Positions 42,800 to 51,939 of a stretch of 64,000 bases of DNA are shown here, in pieces; within the stretch, counting starts at the first letter, position 1, and each line of letters begins with the position of its first letter. Where the stretch lies: the IMG/VR virus record IMGVR_UViG_2731957752_000002, positions 1 to 64,000 of that record. One strand, given 5' to 3'. This DNA comes from a virus (taxonomy: Duplodnaviria > Caudoviricetes). The translations under genes and the position numbers were made by a program. The notes under the pieces are model-generated. The model was not told the DNA's origin. It did not search any database and saw only the letters and a program-made list of their open reading frames with translations.

Positions 42800-43098
42800 A
42801 GCTCTTCGTTGATGACGAGCGGCCCGCGCCCGACGGCTGGGTGCGTGTTGAGACCAGCGCCGAAGCGCTCTCGATCCTCAGCGCCTACCGCTTGGATGGG
42901 CACACCGTCGAAGCCATCTCCCTCGACCACGATTTGGGCGGCGACGACACCACACGCCCGGTCATGCTCTGGATGTGTGAACACGATTGGTGGCCGCTGC
43001 GGCTCACCATTCATAGCGCGAATCCGGTTGGCCGCGACCACCTGGCTGGCATGGCCCGCCGCTACGCGCCCGACTGGGTGAAGGTGGACAGCCGGTGA
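42796..43098 (+). CDS. Cyclic-phosphate-processing receiver-domain protein
   Basis: KLFVDDERPAPDGW, ISLDHDLG, IHSANPVG. Confidence 0.85.
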   Translation: MKLFVDDERPAPDGWVRVETSAEALSILSAYRLDGHTVEAISLDHDLGGDDTTRPVMLWMCEHDWWPLRLTIHSANPVGRDHLAGMARRYAPDWVKVDSR

Positions 43099-43671
43099 GT
43101 GCCGAAGACATGGTGATTGTGGTGACCGAACTCGACACGGCGCACTCGATCCGCAACGCGCTCTCCCGTCTCGGCTGCACGTTCGAAGACCTCCACGAAA
43201 TGCACCGGACAGGCGACTACGCCACTCTGAAACACCGTCTCGCATGGATCGCGATCGGCCCTACTACGACGACCGCGAACACTACCTGAAGCTCCTGGAG
43301 AACGAATGACCCTGTTCGTCCGCTACATCGAAAACAACGACCACGAAGGCGAACGGTGGGTGTTCTGGCTTCAGAAGGACGGTAACGAAGCCGCCCTCGC
43401 CGAGCTGGAACAAATCCTTGAGACCGCCGAAGCCGAAGCGACCGCCGCAGAAGGCTACTACGAGATGCCCTACCAGATCCCAGCCGACATCGAGCCCGAA
43501 GCAGTCGTGGACAAACTGGTCGAGTACGCGGAGGGCGGGTACATGGATGGCCACAACAAGGTACGCGGCAAACTCGATCTAACTCGACTGCGTGGGCGAT
43601 CTTGGGAAGGCGCCTTCGACACCTTGTACAAGGGCGGTATCCGCAACATGTTCAAGGACGACACCGAGTGA
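43095..43671 (+). CDS. Two hypothetical genes (43095-43289, 43306-43671)
   Basis: ORFs with SD or overlap. Confidence 0.6.
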
Positions 43672-44414
43672 CCGCCTGGGAAGACCTCGCGCCGACCCGG
43701 CTGGCGATCGCGGGCGATTGGCATGGCAACCAGTTCCATGCGGTTCGCGCAATTGAGTACGCGGCTGAGCAGGGCGCTGACGTCATCGTGCACGTCGGCG
43801 ACTTCGCTTACGACTTCAAACCGAAGTTCATGGCAGCAGTTCAGCGCGCGCTCGAAGACGCTGGGCTCGTTCTCGGGTTCGTGCCAGGCAATCATGAGAA
43901 CTGGACCTACCTCGACACCCGCGAGCAAGAACACGGCTGCACTGCGATCCCGCTGCGCCCCAACATCTTCTACCTACCTCGCTGCTACCGATGGACTTGG
44001 GGCGGTGTCTCGTTCCTCGCGCTTGGTGGTGCGCACTCCGTCGACCGGCCATGGCGCGTACCCGGCAAGTCTTGGTGGCGGCGGGAGACGATTACGCAGG
44101 CCGAAGCCGACCGTGCGATAGCCGGGGGAGCGGCCGACGTGATGATCTGCCACGACGTGCCCTCGGGCGTCCGTATCCCGTGCATTGAGAGCAACCCGCT
44201 CGGCTTCCCGCAAGCGGAGATCTACGCGGCTGACGTGCACCGCGCGCGCCTGCGTGAGGTCGTCGACGTTGTTCAACCGCGGCGCCTTTTCGCCGGCCAC
44301 TACCACTGCCGTCTGACCGCTGAGCTCGACTGCGGCAGCTACCGGACACAGGTCGACATCCTCGCCGACGACTCGGCGCCACTCGCCGACAACACCACGC
44401 TCGTTGACATTTGA
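43668..44414 (+). CDS. Calcineurin-like metallophosphoesterase
   Basis: GDWHG, HVGDF, PGNHE, ICHD, AGHYH. Confidence 0.93.
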   Translation: MTAWEDLAPTRLAIAGDWHGNQFHAVRAIEYAAEQGADVIVHVGDFAYDFKPKFMAAVQRALEDAGLVLGFVPGNHENWTYLDTREQEHGCTAIPLRPNIFYLPRCYRWTWGGVSFLALGGAHSVDRPWRVPGKSWWRRETITQAEADRAIAGGAADVMICHDVPSGVRIPCIESNPLGFPQAEIYAADVHRARLREVVDVVQPRRLFAGHYHCRLTAELDCGSYRTQVDILADDSAPLADNTTLVDI

Positions 44415-44537
44415 TCGAATGTATTGAATCTCATCGTTTGAATGAGATAACCTGGAGGCATGAACCTCGCCTCCTCGAACAGGTCTGTTCGTCCTCGGGG
44501 GGGGATTCCCGATCGCGATGACTTCTGAGGTGGCCTG

Positions 44538-45695
44538 ATGTTCAAAGCCGTTCGCATTCCATGGGTCGGTTGGTCGGTGCACATCCAAACGTGGTACCCG
44601 GAGTTCGACCAAGGTCCGCGCTGGGCTACCGGCCGCGGGCGCTGCCGTGAGCGGGTGTTCGCGATGCCGTTCTTCGGTTGGGACGTCACCTTCTACGGGC
44701 GCGGCAAGTCGTACCGGGAGCTGGTCGGGTTCGACCTGCCTATCGACTGGATACTGGACGAGTTCGATGACTCCTTCAACGATCTGGCTATCGCCTCGCT
44801 CCGCTACCACATGGACTACTCGGTCGCATTGTGCAGCGATGAGCGCCGAGCCAAGTACACCGATCTCATCGAGCGCCTGACCGAGCCACGCCCACGGTTC
44901 ACCGAAGAAGAGCTGGCGATCCTGGAGCCGCCCGGCTGGACGTGGGAAGACGACTTCGAGCCGCACCCTGATGGTGGCGCGCTGATGAAGCCGACACCTC
45001 CCGAGAAGCAAGCGGTGTACGAAGCGCATCGGCTCCGGGAAGACGCGTACCTCGAACGCATCCGCCAAGCACGACACGACTTCGTCGACATCATGCCCGA
45101 GCTGTGGAGCTGAACCATGACAACTATCGATCCGTGGGCGCCGCCTGAGCAGGGAGAGGACGAAGACTATGTCGACTACCTCGGGCGCAAAGCCGACCTT
45201 TACTACGAGAGCCCGCCGCCTGCACCACCTGGCTTCCGGTTGATCGAATGCACTGCCGAGCCGCGGCACTGGCCTCGATACGAGTTCATTGACCACGACT
45301 TCTACGGCAGCTCATGCCCGGACTGCGGAGCAGACCTTTACCACCGCGAGCTGCGGGAGTTGAAGCGCCGCTACCACCGCCTCCAGCATCCGATCCGAGG
45401 CAGGATCGCAAGCCGCGGATTGGGTTACCTCCAACTGTTGGGCGTGATCGCAGGCTACGGCTCACGGTGGGGCGGGGACGCGGGTTGCAAATGGTGCCTG
45501 ACTGGGATCCGCATCCGCGGCAAGCGTTCCTACATCTTGGGTTGGCCGACGTGGAAGTGGGCGTGCCTGTTCCAGCGCCGCCACTGGCCTGGCGAGGAAG
45601 CCTATTTCGGGTTGTGCGGCAAATGCCTGCCCTGCCCCGACTGCGGAACAACGAAATGGGACCACGAGTGCACTGGAACTGAGGCGGCGGCATGA
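44538..45695 (+). CDS. Two hypothetical genes (44538-45113, 45117-45695 Cys-rich)
   Basis: ORFs with plausible starts. Confidence 0.65.
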
Positions 45696-46324
45696 ATCTG
45701 TGGGATGACGTGGCGGCTTTTTCCCGTGCGTGCGGTGTGCGGATGCTGACCAAACCTGGATGGGTGCCAGACGACGAGTTGCAGCTCGCCTTACGACTCG
45801 TACGGGAAGAACTGACCGAACTCGACACCGCCCTCCAAGAACGCGACCTCGTGGAGGTTGCTGACGCAATCGCGGACAGCTTGTACGTCCTCGCTGGTCT
45901 CGCTCTCCGCACGGGCCTCGCACGCACGTACATCGTCGACATGATCAAAGACCTGTCGTACTCCACGCTCATGACCATCAGCGGACATGTCGGATTCGCG
46001 ACGCTCACCGACGACGAAATCGACGAAATCCGCCGCGACCTCGAAACCCAACACGAGCGCATCACTGCCGCGGTCGACGCCCGCAACCTCATTGAACTGG
46101 ACGCCGCCACACACCAAACCATGCACGCGGTCGCGGGCATCGGATACGTGATGTGCCTGCCCATGAAAGCGGTCTGGGATGCCGTCCAGTCCTCGAACAT
46201 GAGCAAGGTCGTTGACGGCAAGGTGATCCGCGATGAAGGCGGCAAGATACTCAAACCATCGACCTTCGTGCGCCCCGACATCGCTGGTGTTCTCGCACGC
46301 CACGGATGGACGGAGGCGGCGTGA
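45692..46324 (+). CDS. MazG-like / PRA-PH-family NTP pyrophosphohydrolase
   Basis: LVREELTEL, EVADAIADSLYV, VQSSNMSK, GKILKP. Confidence 0.88.
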   Translation: MNLWDDVAAFSRACGVRMLTKPGWVPDDELQLALRLVREELTELDTALQERDLVEVADAIADSLYVLAGLALRTGLARTYIVDMIKDLSYSTLMTISGHVGFATLTDDEIDEIRRDLETQHERITAAVDARNLIELDAATHQTMHAVAGIGYVMCLPMKAVWDAVQSSNMSKVVDGKVIRDEGGKILKPSTFVRPDIAGVLARHGWTEAA

Positions 46325-46599
46325 AGACGCATCCGTCGCTGGGTTGGTGCCAGTCCTGCGGTAAGCAGGCGTTCAGCGGTCGGAAGGCAGCGAAGGCTGC
46401 TTGCCGGCGCCGGTTTCCGAATGAACGGATGCAGGGCTACCGGTGCCCTGTACGTGAAGGTGCTTGGCATGCTGGGCATCTCGCGGATGAAGTGCGGTCG
46501 GGTGAGGTGTCCCGCGCCGAGTTCTACGGTCCGCGTGGGGTTGGTCGTGTACGGGAGATGCAGGGCACTCGGCGCCCGCTGAGGAGGGCAGTGGCGTGA
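46321..46599 (+). CDS. Small Zn-finger-like protein
   Basis: CQSCGK...YRCP...WHAGH. Confidence 0.6.
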   Translation: MKTHPSLGWCQSCGKQAFSGRKAAKAACRRRFPNERMQGYRCPVREGAWHAGHLADEVRSGEVSRAEFYGPRGVGRVREMQGTRRPLRRAVA

Positions 46600-47108
46600 G
46601 CGGGCGAGGGATGGGGAGTCATCATTCGGCGCGAGCCGGGTCGGATGTGTGGTTGACGCCGCCCGGTGTCGTCACCGCGCTTGGCGCTTTCGATCTGGAC
46701 CCCTGTGCGGCGGAACCTCGACCGTGGGACACCGCCCGTCGACACATCGCGCCGCCTGACGACGGGCTCGCAGCCACATGGGAGGGGCGTGTGTTTCTGA
46801 ATCCGCCCTATTCGAACCTTACGGACTGGCTTGGCAAGCTTGCCGACCACGGCCGCGGAACCGCTCTGATCTTTGCGCGCACCGAAACCCGATGGTTCGT
46901 TGACCTGGTGTGGCAGCGGGCGAGTGCAGTGATGTTCCTGCATGGGCGACTCCACTTCCATCTGCCTGATGGTTCCAGGGCGCGGGGCAACGCGGGCGCC
47001 CCAAGTTGCCTTGTCGCCTATGGCGATGGTGACGCCCTTCGGCTGGCGGGGTCGGGGCTGGCGGGAACTTTCGTGAATCTCGGCAACAGTAGTTTGGAGG
47101 CGGCATGA
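46596..47108 (+). CDS. Phage DNA N6-adenine methyltransferase (Dam-like)
   Basis: WLTPP, FDLDPCA, FLNPPYS, FARTET. Confidence 0.9.
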   Translation: MSGRGMGSHHSARAGSDVWLTPPGVVTALGAFDLDPCAAEPRPWDTARRHIAPPDDGLAATWEGRVFLNPPYSNLTDWLGKLADHGRGTALIFARTETRWFVDLVWQRASAVMFLHGRLHFHLPDGSRARGNAGAPSCLVAYGDGDALRLAGSGLAGTFVNLGNSSLEAA

Positions 47109-47877
47109 GCGGTGACTTCGTGAAGGTCGATATCGTGCTGCCGCTCCCGCTGGATGTGGCCGCGACCCTGATCAATTTGATCGGCACCGCTTATCCCGGC
47201 GCTCAGATGGATGCGTCCGGTGGCCGGGATGGTTGGGGGCGTGAGGTGATGAGGATGCAGATCCCTAGCGCTGAACGCTATGCGAGTGCCGCGGCGCGTG
47301 ACGAGATCCAGGCGGCGAAGCGGGTTGTTGAGGACGAGCGAGAGACGATGCTTGCGAGCGTCCGCGACGGTATCGCCGTGTCGACGCCGGAGGAGATCCA
47401 GCACCAGTTGGGGTACTTGTGTTCCCGGTTCTTCCTCGACAACCCGGCCGCCGTCAACTATGTGGAGGTCGAGATGGACGTCCAGAACCGCGACACCCGC
47501 GAGCGATTCGTGCTCACGGTCCGGCGGGCGGAGGGTAAGACCCCGCATGCGTTGCGGAAGGAAGCCGAAGCAGAGGTGGAGCGGCTGCGTGCCCGCCTTG
47601 CAGAACTGGAGGCGGCAGCGTGAGCGTCATGTACTTCCGGGAACATCGTGCCGAAGACGGTTCGATCGCTATCGAGTGCGTCAACCCGTTGCCGCGGATC
47701 CCGGTCACGGAAGAGTTCTTGCGGGACTCTGATCCGGGCTTCCTCACCCGCGACGGCGACACCTTCACGTTGCACTGCATGAACGGCACATGGACCTACC
47801 AAATCCTCGAACCAACGTCGCGGCGCCCGGATTCGCGGACGCTGACCGCGGTTCTCATCGAAAGCGAGGCAGCATGA
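47105..47877 (+). CDS. Two hypothetical genes (47105-47623, 47620-47877)
   Basis: Coupled ORFs. Confidence 0.6.
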
Positions 47878-48473
47878 CCAGCATCGTGAAAGCTGTGCAA
47901 ACCTGCTACGCAATCCCGTCAACGTGGGACGTGTGGACCGAGGCGGGCGAGTACCTGCACTTGAAGTACCGGAGCGGGTTGGCGAAGGTGTTCGTCGGTT
48001 CAGAGGACGGCCCGCTGGAGATGGAAAGCGCTATCCGCATCGGCAACCGGTTCGACGGCCTCATCACCATCGAAGCATTCTGCGAGGCAATAGGATTGAC
48101 GTTGGCGTTGCAGGAACCGTACGTGCCGCTGCCGGATCCCAACGAGGGCCACGACGATCACGATGGCGAAGATCCGTCGTGGGCCGTGAAGACGGAGCGA
48201 CCTGTCCGCGCGGAGGTGTTGCAGGAAGCGGAAGCGCTGGTGTGCGGCGATCGAGATGAGCAGTACGGTTCGCCGCGGGACAACCTCCAGCGGATAGCGA
48301 ACTACTGGAACGATTACCTCTTCGACGTAGTCCACCCGGAAAACCAGCTCACACCACGTGACGTCGCCCTGATGATGGTGCTGCTGAAGGTCGCGCGCGA
48401 GGCCGCGGGACACAAGCGCGACTCGTGCGTGGACGGCGCCGGATACTTCTCGCTGGCCGCTGAAGTGGCGTAA
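47874..48473 (+). CDS. Protein with C-terminal DUF6378-like domain
   Basis: [17 protein letters not shown]...[13 protein letters not shown]...DSCVDGAGY. Confidence 0.8.
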   Translation: MTSIVKAVQTCYAIPSTWDVWTEAGEYLHLKYRSGLAKVFVGSEDGPLEMESAIRIGNRFDGLITIEAFCEAIGLTLALQEPYVPLPDPNEGHDDHDGEDPSWAVKTERPVRAEVLQEAEALVCGDRDEQYGSPRDNLQRIANYWNDYLFDVVHPENQLTPRDVALMMVLLKVAREAAGHKRDSCVDGAGYFSLAAEVA

Positions 48474-48585
48474 TCGGCGGTATGCCCGAGGTCGGGGCGG
48501 GGACCGGTTAGGTCGATCAATCGTCGTACGGATAGGGTTGGTGGCTGTTGTCCATTCCCCGCCAGCCCTGGACAGGAGACCAGTA

Positions 48586-49971
48586 GTGGGTAAGCAGTCC
48601 CGTGTCGATACCGTCGCCAACCTCGCAAAACGTCGAGGAATCGTCTACCAATGCGGCGAAATCTATGGCGGCACCAAGTCGGCATGGGACTACGGTCCGC
48701 TCGGCGTCGAGCTGAAGGAGAACATCAAGCGGCAGTGGTGGCGGTCCATGGTCACCGGCCGCGAAGATGTCGTCGGCTTGGACTCGTCGGTGATCCTGCC
48801 GCGCCAGGTGTGGCATGCATCCGGCCACGTCGAGACGTTCTCTGACCCGCTGGTGGAGTCGCTACACACCCACAAGCGATACAGGGCCGATCACCTGCTG
48901 GAGGCGTACGAAGCCAAGCACGGGCACCCGCCGGCCAACGGTCTCGCCGACATCCGTGACCCTGAGACGGGGCAGCCTGGCGCGTGGACGGAGCCGCGGA
49001 ACTTCTCCGGCCTGCTCAAGACCTTCCTCGGTCCGGTGGATGACGAAGAAGGCTTGCACTATCTCCGCCCGGAGACGGCGCAGGGCATCTTCGTCAACTA
49101 CAAGAACGTCGAGACCACCGCGCGCAAGAAGCCGCCGTTCGGCATCGCCCAGATCGGCAAGAGCTTCCGCAACGAGATCACGCCGGGCAACTTCATCTTC
49201 CGCACCCGCGAGTTCGAGCAGATGGAGATGGAGTTCTTCGTCAAGCCGGGCGAGGACGAGCAGTGGCACCAGTACTGGATCGACACCCGCATGGCCTGGT
49301 ACACCGAACTGGGTATCGACCCGGAGAATCTGCGACTGTTCGAGCATCCGAAGGACAAGCTGTCGCATTATTCGACGCGGACTGTGGACATCGAGTACCG
49401 GTTCGGGTTCCAGGGCAGCGAGTGGGGTGAGTTGGAAGGTGTCGCCAACCGCACTGACTTCGACCTGAAGACGCATTCGGAGCACTCGGGTACCGAACTC
49501 AGCTACTTCGACCAGGCCACCAACGAGCGCTACATCCCGTACGTCATCGAGCCCGCGGCCGGTCTGACTCGTTCGCTGATGGCGTTCCTGGTGGACGCGT
49601 ACACGGAGGATGAGGCGCCGAACGCGAAGGGTGTGATGGAGTCGCGGACCGTGCTGCGCCTGGACCACAGGCTTGCGCCGGTGAAGGTGGCGGTGCTGCC
49701 GCTGTCCCGTAACGCTGATCTGACTCCGAAGGCGAAGGATCTCGCGGCCCAGCTGCGGAAGCACTGGAATGTGGAGTTTGATGATGCGGGTGGTGTCGGT
49801 CGTCGTTACCGCCGTCAGGATGAGATCGGTACACCGTTCTGTGTGACGGTCGATTTCGATTCGCTGGACGATCAGGCGGTGACCATCCGGGAGCGGGACT
49901 CGATGGCGCAGGAGCGTGTCGGGTTGGACCAGGTGGAAGCGTATTTGGCGACGCGGCTGCTGGGCTGCTGA
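48586..49971 (+). CDS. glyQS: Glycine--tRNA ligase (alpha2 type, class II)
   Basis: [80 protein letters not shown]; AGGAG SD before GTG 48586. Confidence 0.97.
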   Translation: MGKQSRVDTVANLAKRRGIVYQCGEIYGGTKSAWDYGPLGVELKENIKRQWWRSMVTGREDVVGLDSSVILPRQVWHASGHVETFSDPLVESLHTHKRYRADHLLEAYEAKHGHPPANGLADIRDPETGQPGAWTEPRNFSGLLKTFLGPVDDEEGLHYLRPETAQGIFVNYKNVETTARKKPPFGIAQIGKSFRNEITPGNFIFRTREFEQMEMEFFVKPGEDEQWHQYWIDTRMAWYTELGIDPENLRLFEHPKDKLSHYSTRTVDIEYRFGFQGSEWGELEGVANRTDFDLKTHSEHSGTELSYFDQATNERYIPYVIEPAAGLTRSLMAFLVDAYTEDEAPNAKGVMESRTVLRLDHRLAPVKVAVLPLSRNADLTPKAKDLAAQLRKHWNVEFDDAGGVGRRYRRQDEIGTPFCVTVDFDSLDDQAVTIRERDSMAQERVGLDQVEAYLATRLLGC

Positions 49972-50194
49972 GCCCGTAATCACTCGCGTGTGGTGAAAAA
50001 CACATTAAGTAGTGAATCGGCAGGTCATCGCACTGTTCACGTCAATTCGTGACGCGTGAAAGCGGTTTTCGGGCGGCTGAAGCTGGATATCGTCTGGTAT
50101 AGTCCGCCTCGCGGTACCCCCATGCCCAAAATCAGTCGGCGCTCCGACTGCATTGGTGGCCGTGGGTGTCTAGCTGTAGAACTTCATAACGGTC

Positions 50195-50264
50195 TCCTCG
50201 ATAGCTCAGTGGTAGAGCGCCCGATAGAAAGGGACGGTCCCGCGTTCAATTCGCGGTCGAGGAA
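50195..50264 (+). tRNA. tRNA-like gene with degenerate anticodon arm (identity undetermined)
   Basis: TCCTCGA/TCGAGGA acceptor, GCTC-AGTGGTA-GAGC D arm, CCGCG-TTCAATT-CGCGG T arm; anticodon region only CCC-GATAGAAA-GGG. Confidence 0.75.
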
Positions 50265-50289
50265 CAAAGCGCAGGCTAGCTACCTGCGC

Positions 50290-50481
50290 TGGTGGTGACA
50301 GAGGGAGCGGCTATCTGCGTGATCGGGCCGCGAATGTGTGCGATGTCGGGAACCCGACGGGCAAGTGCCTGAGGGGAAGCCTTAGCCGGCGGAAGCCGAT
50401 GCCTCAGCGGGCAACTCGCAGCACCGGGTACATAAGCCTTACGGTCCGTGCCCCGGTCGGAGCCTAGGAAACTCCCCACCA
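50290..50481 (+). ncRNA. Unassigned multi-stem structured RNA between two tRNA genes
   Basis: TGGTGG/CCACCA, GGGAG/CTCCC, GGCT/AGCC closing helices; internal GTCGG/CCGAC, CTGAGG/CCTCAG, CGGC-GGAA-GCCG, ACCGGG/CCCGGT. Confidence 0.5.
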
Positions 50482-50611
50482 ACTAACTTCGCCTCGGGCC
50501 TCGCGGGGCCTCAGCTTTCTCCCGAGGGCATTTGATCGTGATGGCTCTGGATTCGTAACACCGAGCTAGGTTGGCAACCTGACGTAGGCGCCTACGTCTC
50601 AACAGCCTCAT

Positions 50612-50687
50612 AGCGGCGTAGAGCAGTTCGGTAGCTCGCTGGGCTCATAACCCAGGTCTGTCGTGGGTTCAAATCCCACCGCCGCGA
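50612..50687 (+). tRNA. tRNA-Met(CAT), initiator-like
   Basis: CTGGG-CTCATAA-CCCAG anticodon arm with three G-C pairs; unpaired 1:72 (A:G); GTGGG-TTCAAAT-CCCAC T arm; 7-nt variable loop; CCA not encoded. Confidence 0.9.
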
Positions 50688-50713
50688 CAACCACCCCGAC
50701 TTTGCGAACCGGG

Positions 50714-51490
50714 TCAAATACCTGCCTGCTCAAGCTGATCAAGGATGTCGGTCACCCTCTCCTGCATCGGACGCAGTGTCTCGATGATCGGCTCAGGTAT
50801 GCCGTCGGGAAGGTCGATCGAAATCGGGAAACCGACCGCCATCGCCACGAAATCCGCAGGATGCAGTGAGGGGTCTGCCTTGTGCCGAAACCGAAGCATG
50901 CACACCCGAGTCCCGACAGTCAGTTCGGATCCGTTGTACGACTCGCCGCCCTTGATGAGCTCGTAGCGGGGATCCGGCTGTATGTCGATCATCAACCTCA
51001 CTGAGTTGGTGGCCAGCAGATACCTGTGCTTGTCGCGGTTGACAAGCGCATTCAGCCGCCACAGGGGATCCTCTTGGTATGAACTTGCCTGGTATGGCTG
51101 ATTGGCCGTGATCACGGCCAAAACTGCTGTATCGAACTGTGCGCCAGCATTGTTCAGCCTTGCGGGGCTTGTAACGATCGGAAACGAGATTTGCGTTTCA
51201 CTAAGGTTTGGGCACCTCGCCCGCACGTGGTCGAAGATCGAGTGATCGAGCGCTGCGCGCAGGTTTGTAAGGTAGTCACCGGTGATCAGCGAAAACTCCT
51301 CCGGCAACTCCACAGCCGAATCGACCACTAGCGTGCAGGTGAACACCTGCTCGCCAGGTGTGTAGTCCCAGTCGGGGCGCAACGTGTACGGGCCGGGTTG
51401 CACGAAGTCGGACAGTGCTGACTGGAGTGTGTCGAGATGGTGTGCCGCGCGTCCCAGTTTCAGTCGTGCGCTCTCCATCGCCGGAACCAT
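50714..51490 (-). CDS. Counter-oriented lower-GC moron protein, possibly HEPN-like
   Basis: Helical N-region, NLRAALDH and LNALVNRDKHR motifs; AT-rich upstream region. Confidence 0.7.
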   Translation of the reverse strand: MVPAMESARLKLGRAAHHLDTLQSALSDFVQPGPYTLRPDWDYTPGEQVFTCTLVVDSAVELPEEFSLITGDYLTNLRAALDHSIFDHVRARCPNLSETQISFPIVTSPARLNNAGAQFDTAVLAVITANQPYQASSYQEDPLWRLNALVNRDKHRYLLATNSVRLMIDIQPDPRYELIKGGESYNGSELTVGTRVCMLRFRHKADPSLHPADFVAMAVGFPISIDLPDGIPEPIIETLRPMQERVTDILDQLEQAGI

Positions 51491-51939
51491 CATTACTCGA
51501 AATGTACTGGCTCTCAGATGATTGTCAATGAAATTTAACTGCGCGTGATGCGTAGTGCGACCTCCATGCGAGGTAACGCAAATAGGTAGACGGTGACTGC
51601 CTGGAGAACCAACACCGCTAAGCACAGAAGGAAGCCCCCGGCGCATACCCAACGGGTAGAGGCGACGCCGCGTAGCAGGGGGCAGCGGCGGCAACACGGG
51701 GGCGTTCCCCGTCAACGATAGCCGCTGACAATAAGTTTCGCCACCACCCTCGTGCCCCATTCGCTCACGGGGCCGCCGCGCCGATCTCACGCCGCGCGGC
51801 TGTAGGGGATCCAGGTGGCGGGGCCGCAGGCAGCGCTTACCCGCGCCGCGGCCCGCCCGCCGGGCCATTGTCGCTACCTGGGAGCCCGGCGGGCACAAAC
51901 CACCCTCTCACCGCATCGAAAGCCTGCCAGGAGCAGCCC

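Noticed and set aside
44460-44528. 22-codon ORF containing a G8 tract (44497-44504) as a phase-variable switch
   Set aside because: SD and AT-rich leader are present, but the tract is short and nothing in one sequence shows variation
50290-50481. tmRNA, RNase P RNA, SRP RNA or hammerhead ribozyme
   Set aside because: I could not find their hallmark motifs (tmRNA T arm before CCA, GAGGAAAGUCC, CUGAUGA...GAAA)
48586-50687. Prophage end or att site at glyQS or the tRNAs
   Set aside because: Phage genes continue on both sides; no integrase or duplicated att core seen
51491-51898. 5' extension of the 50714..51898 ORF
   Set aside because: Low-complexity Arg/Gly/Pro translation across a structured intergenic tract; protein-like sequence starts near 51490
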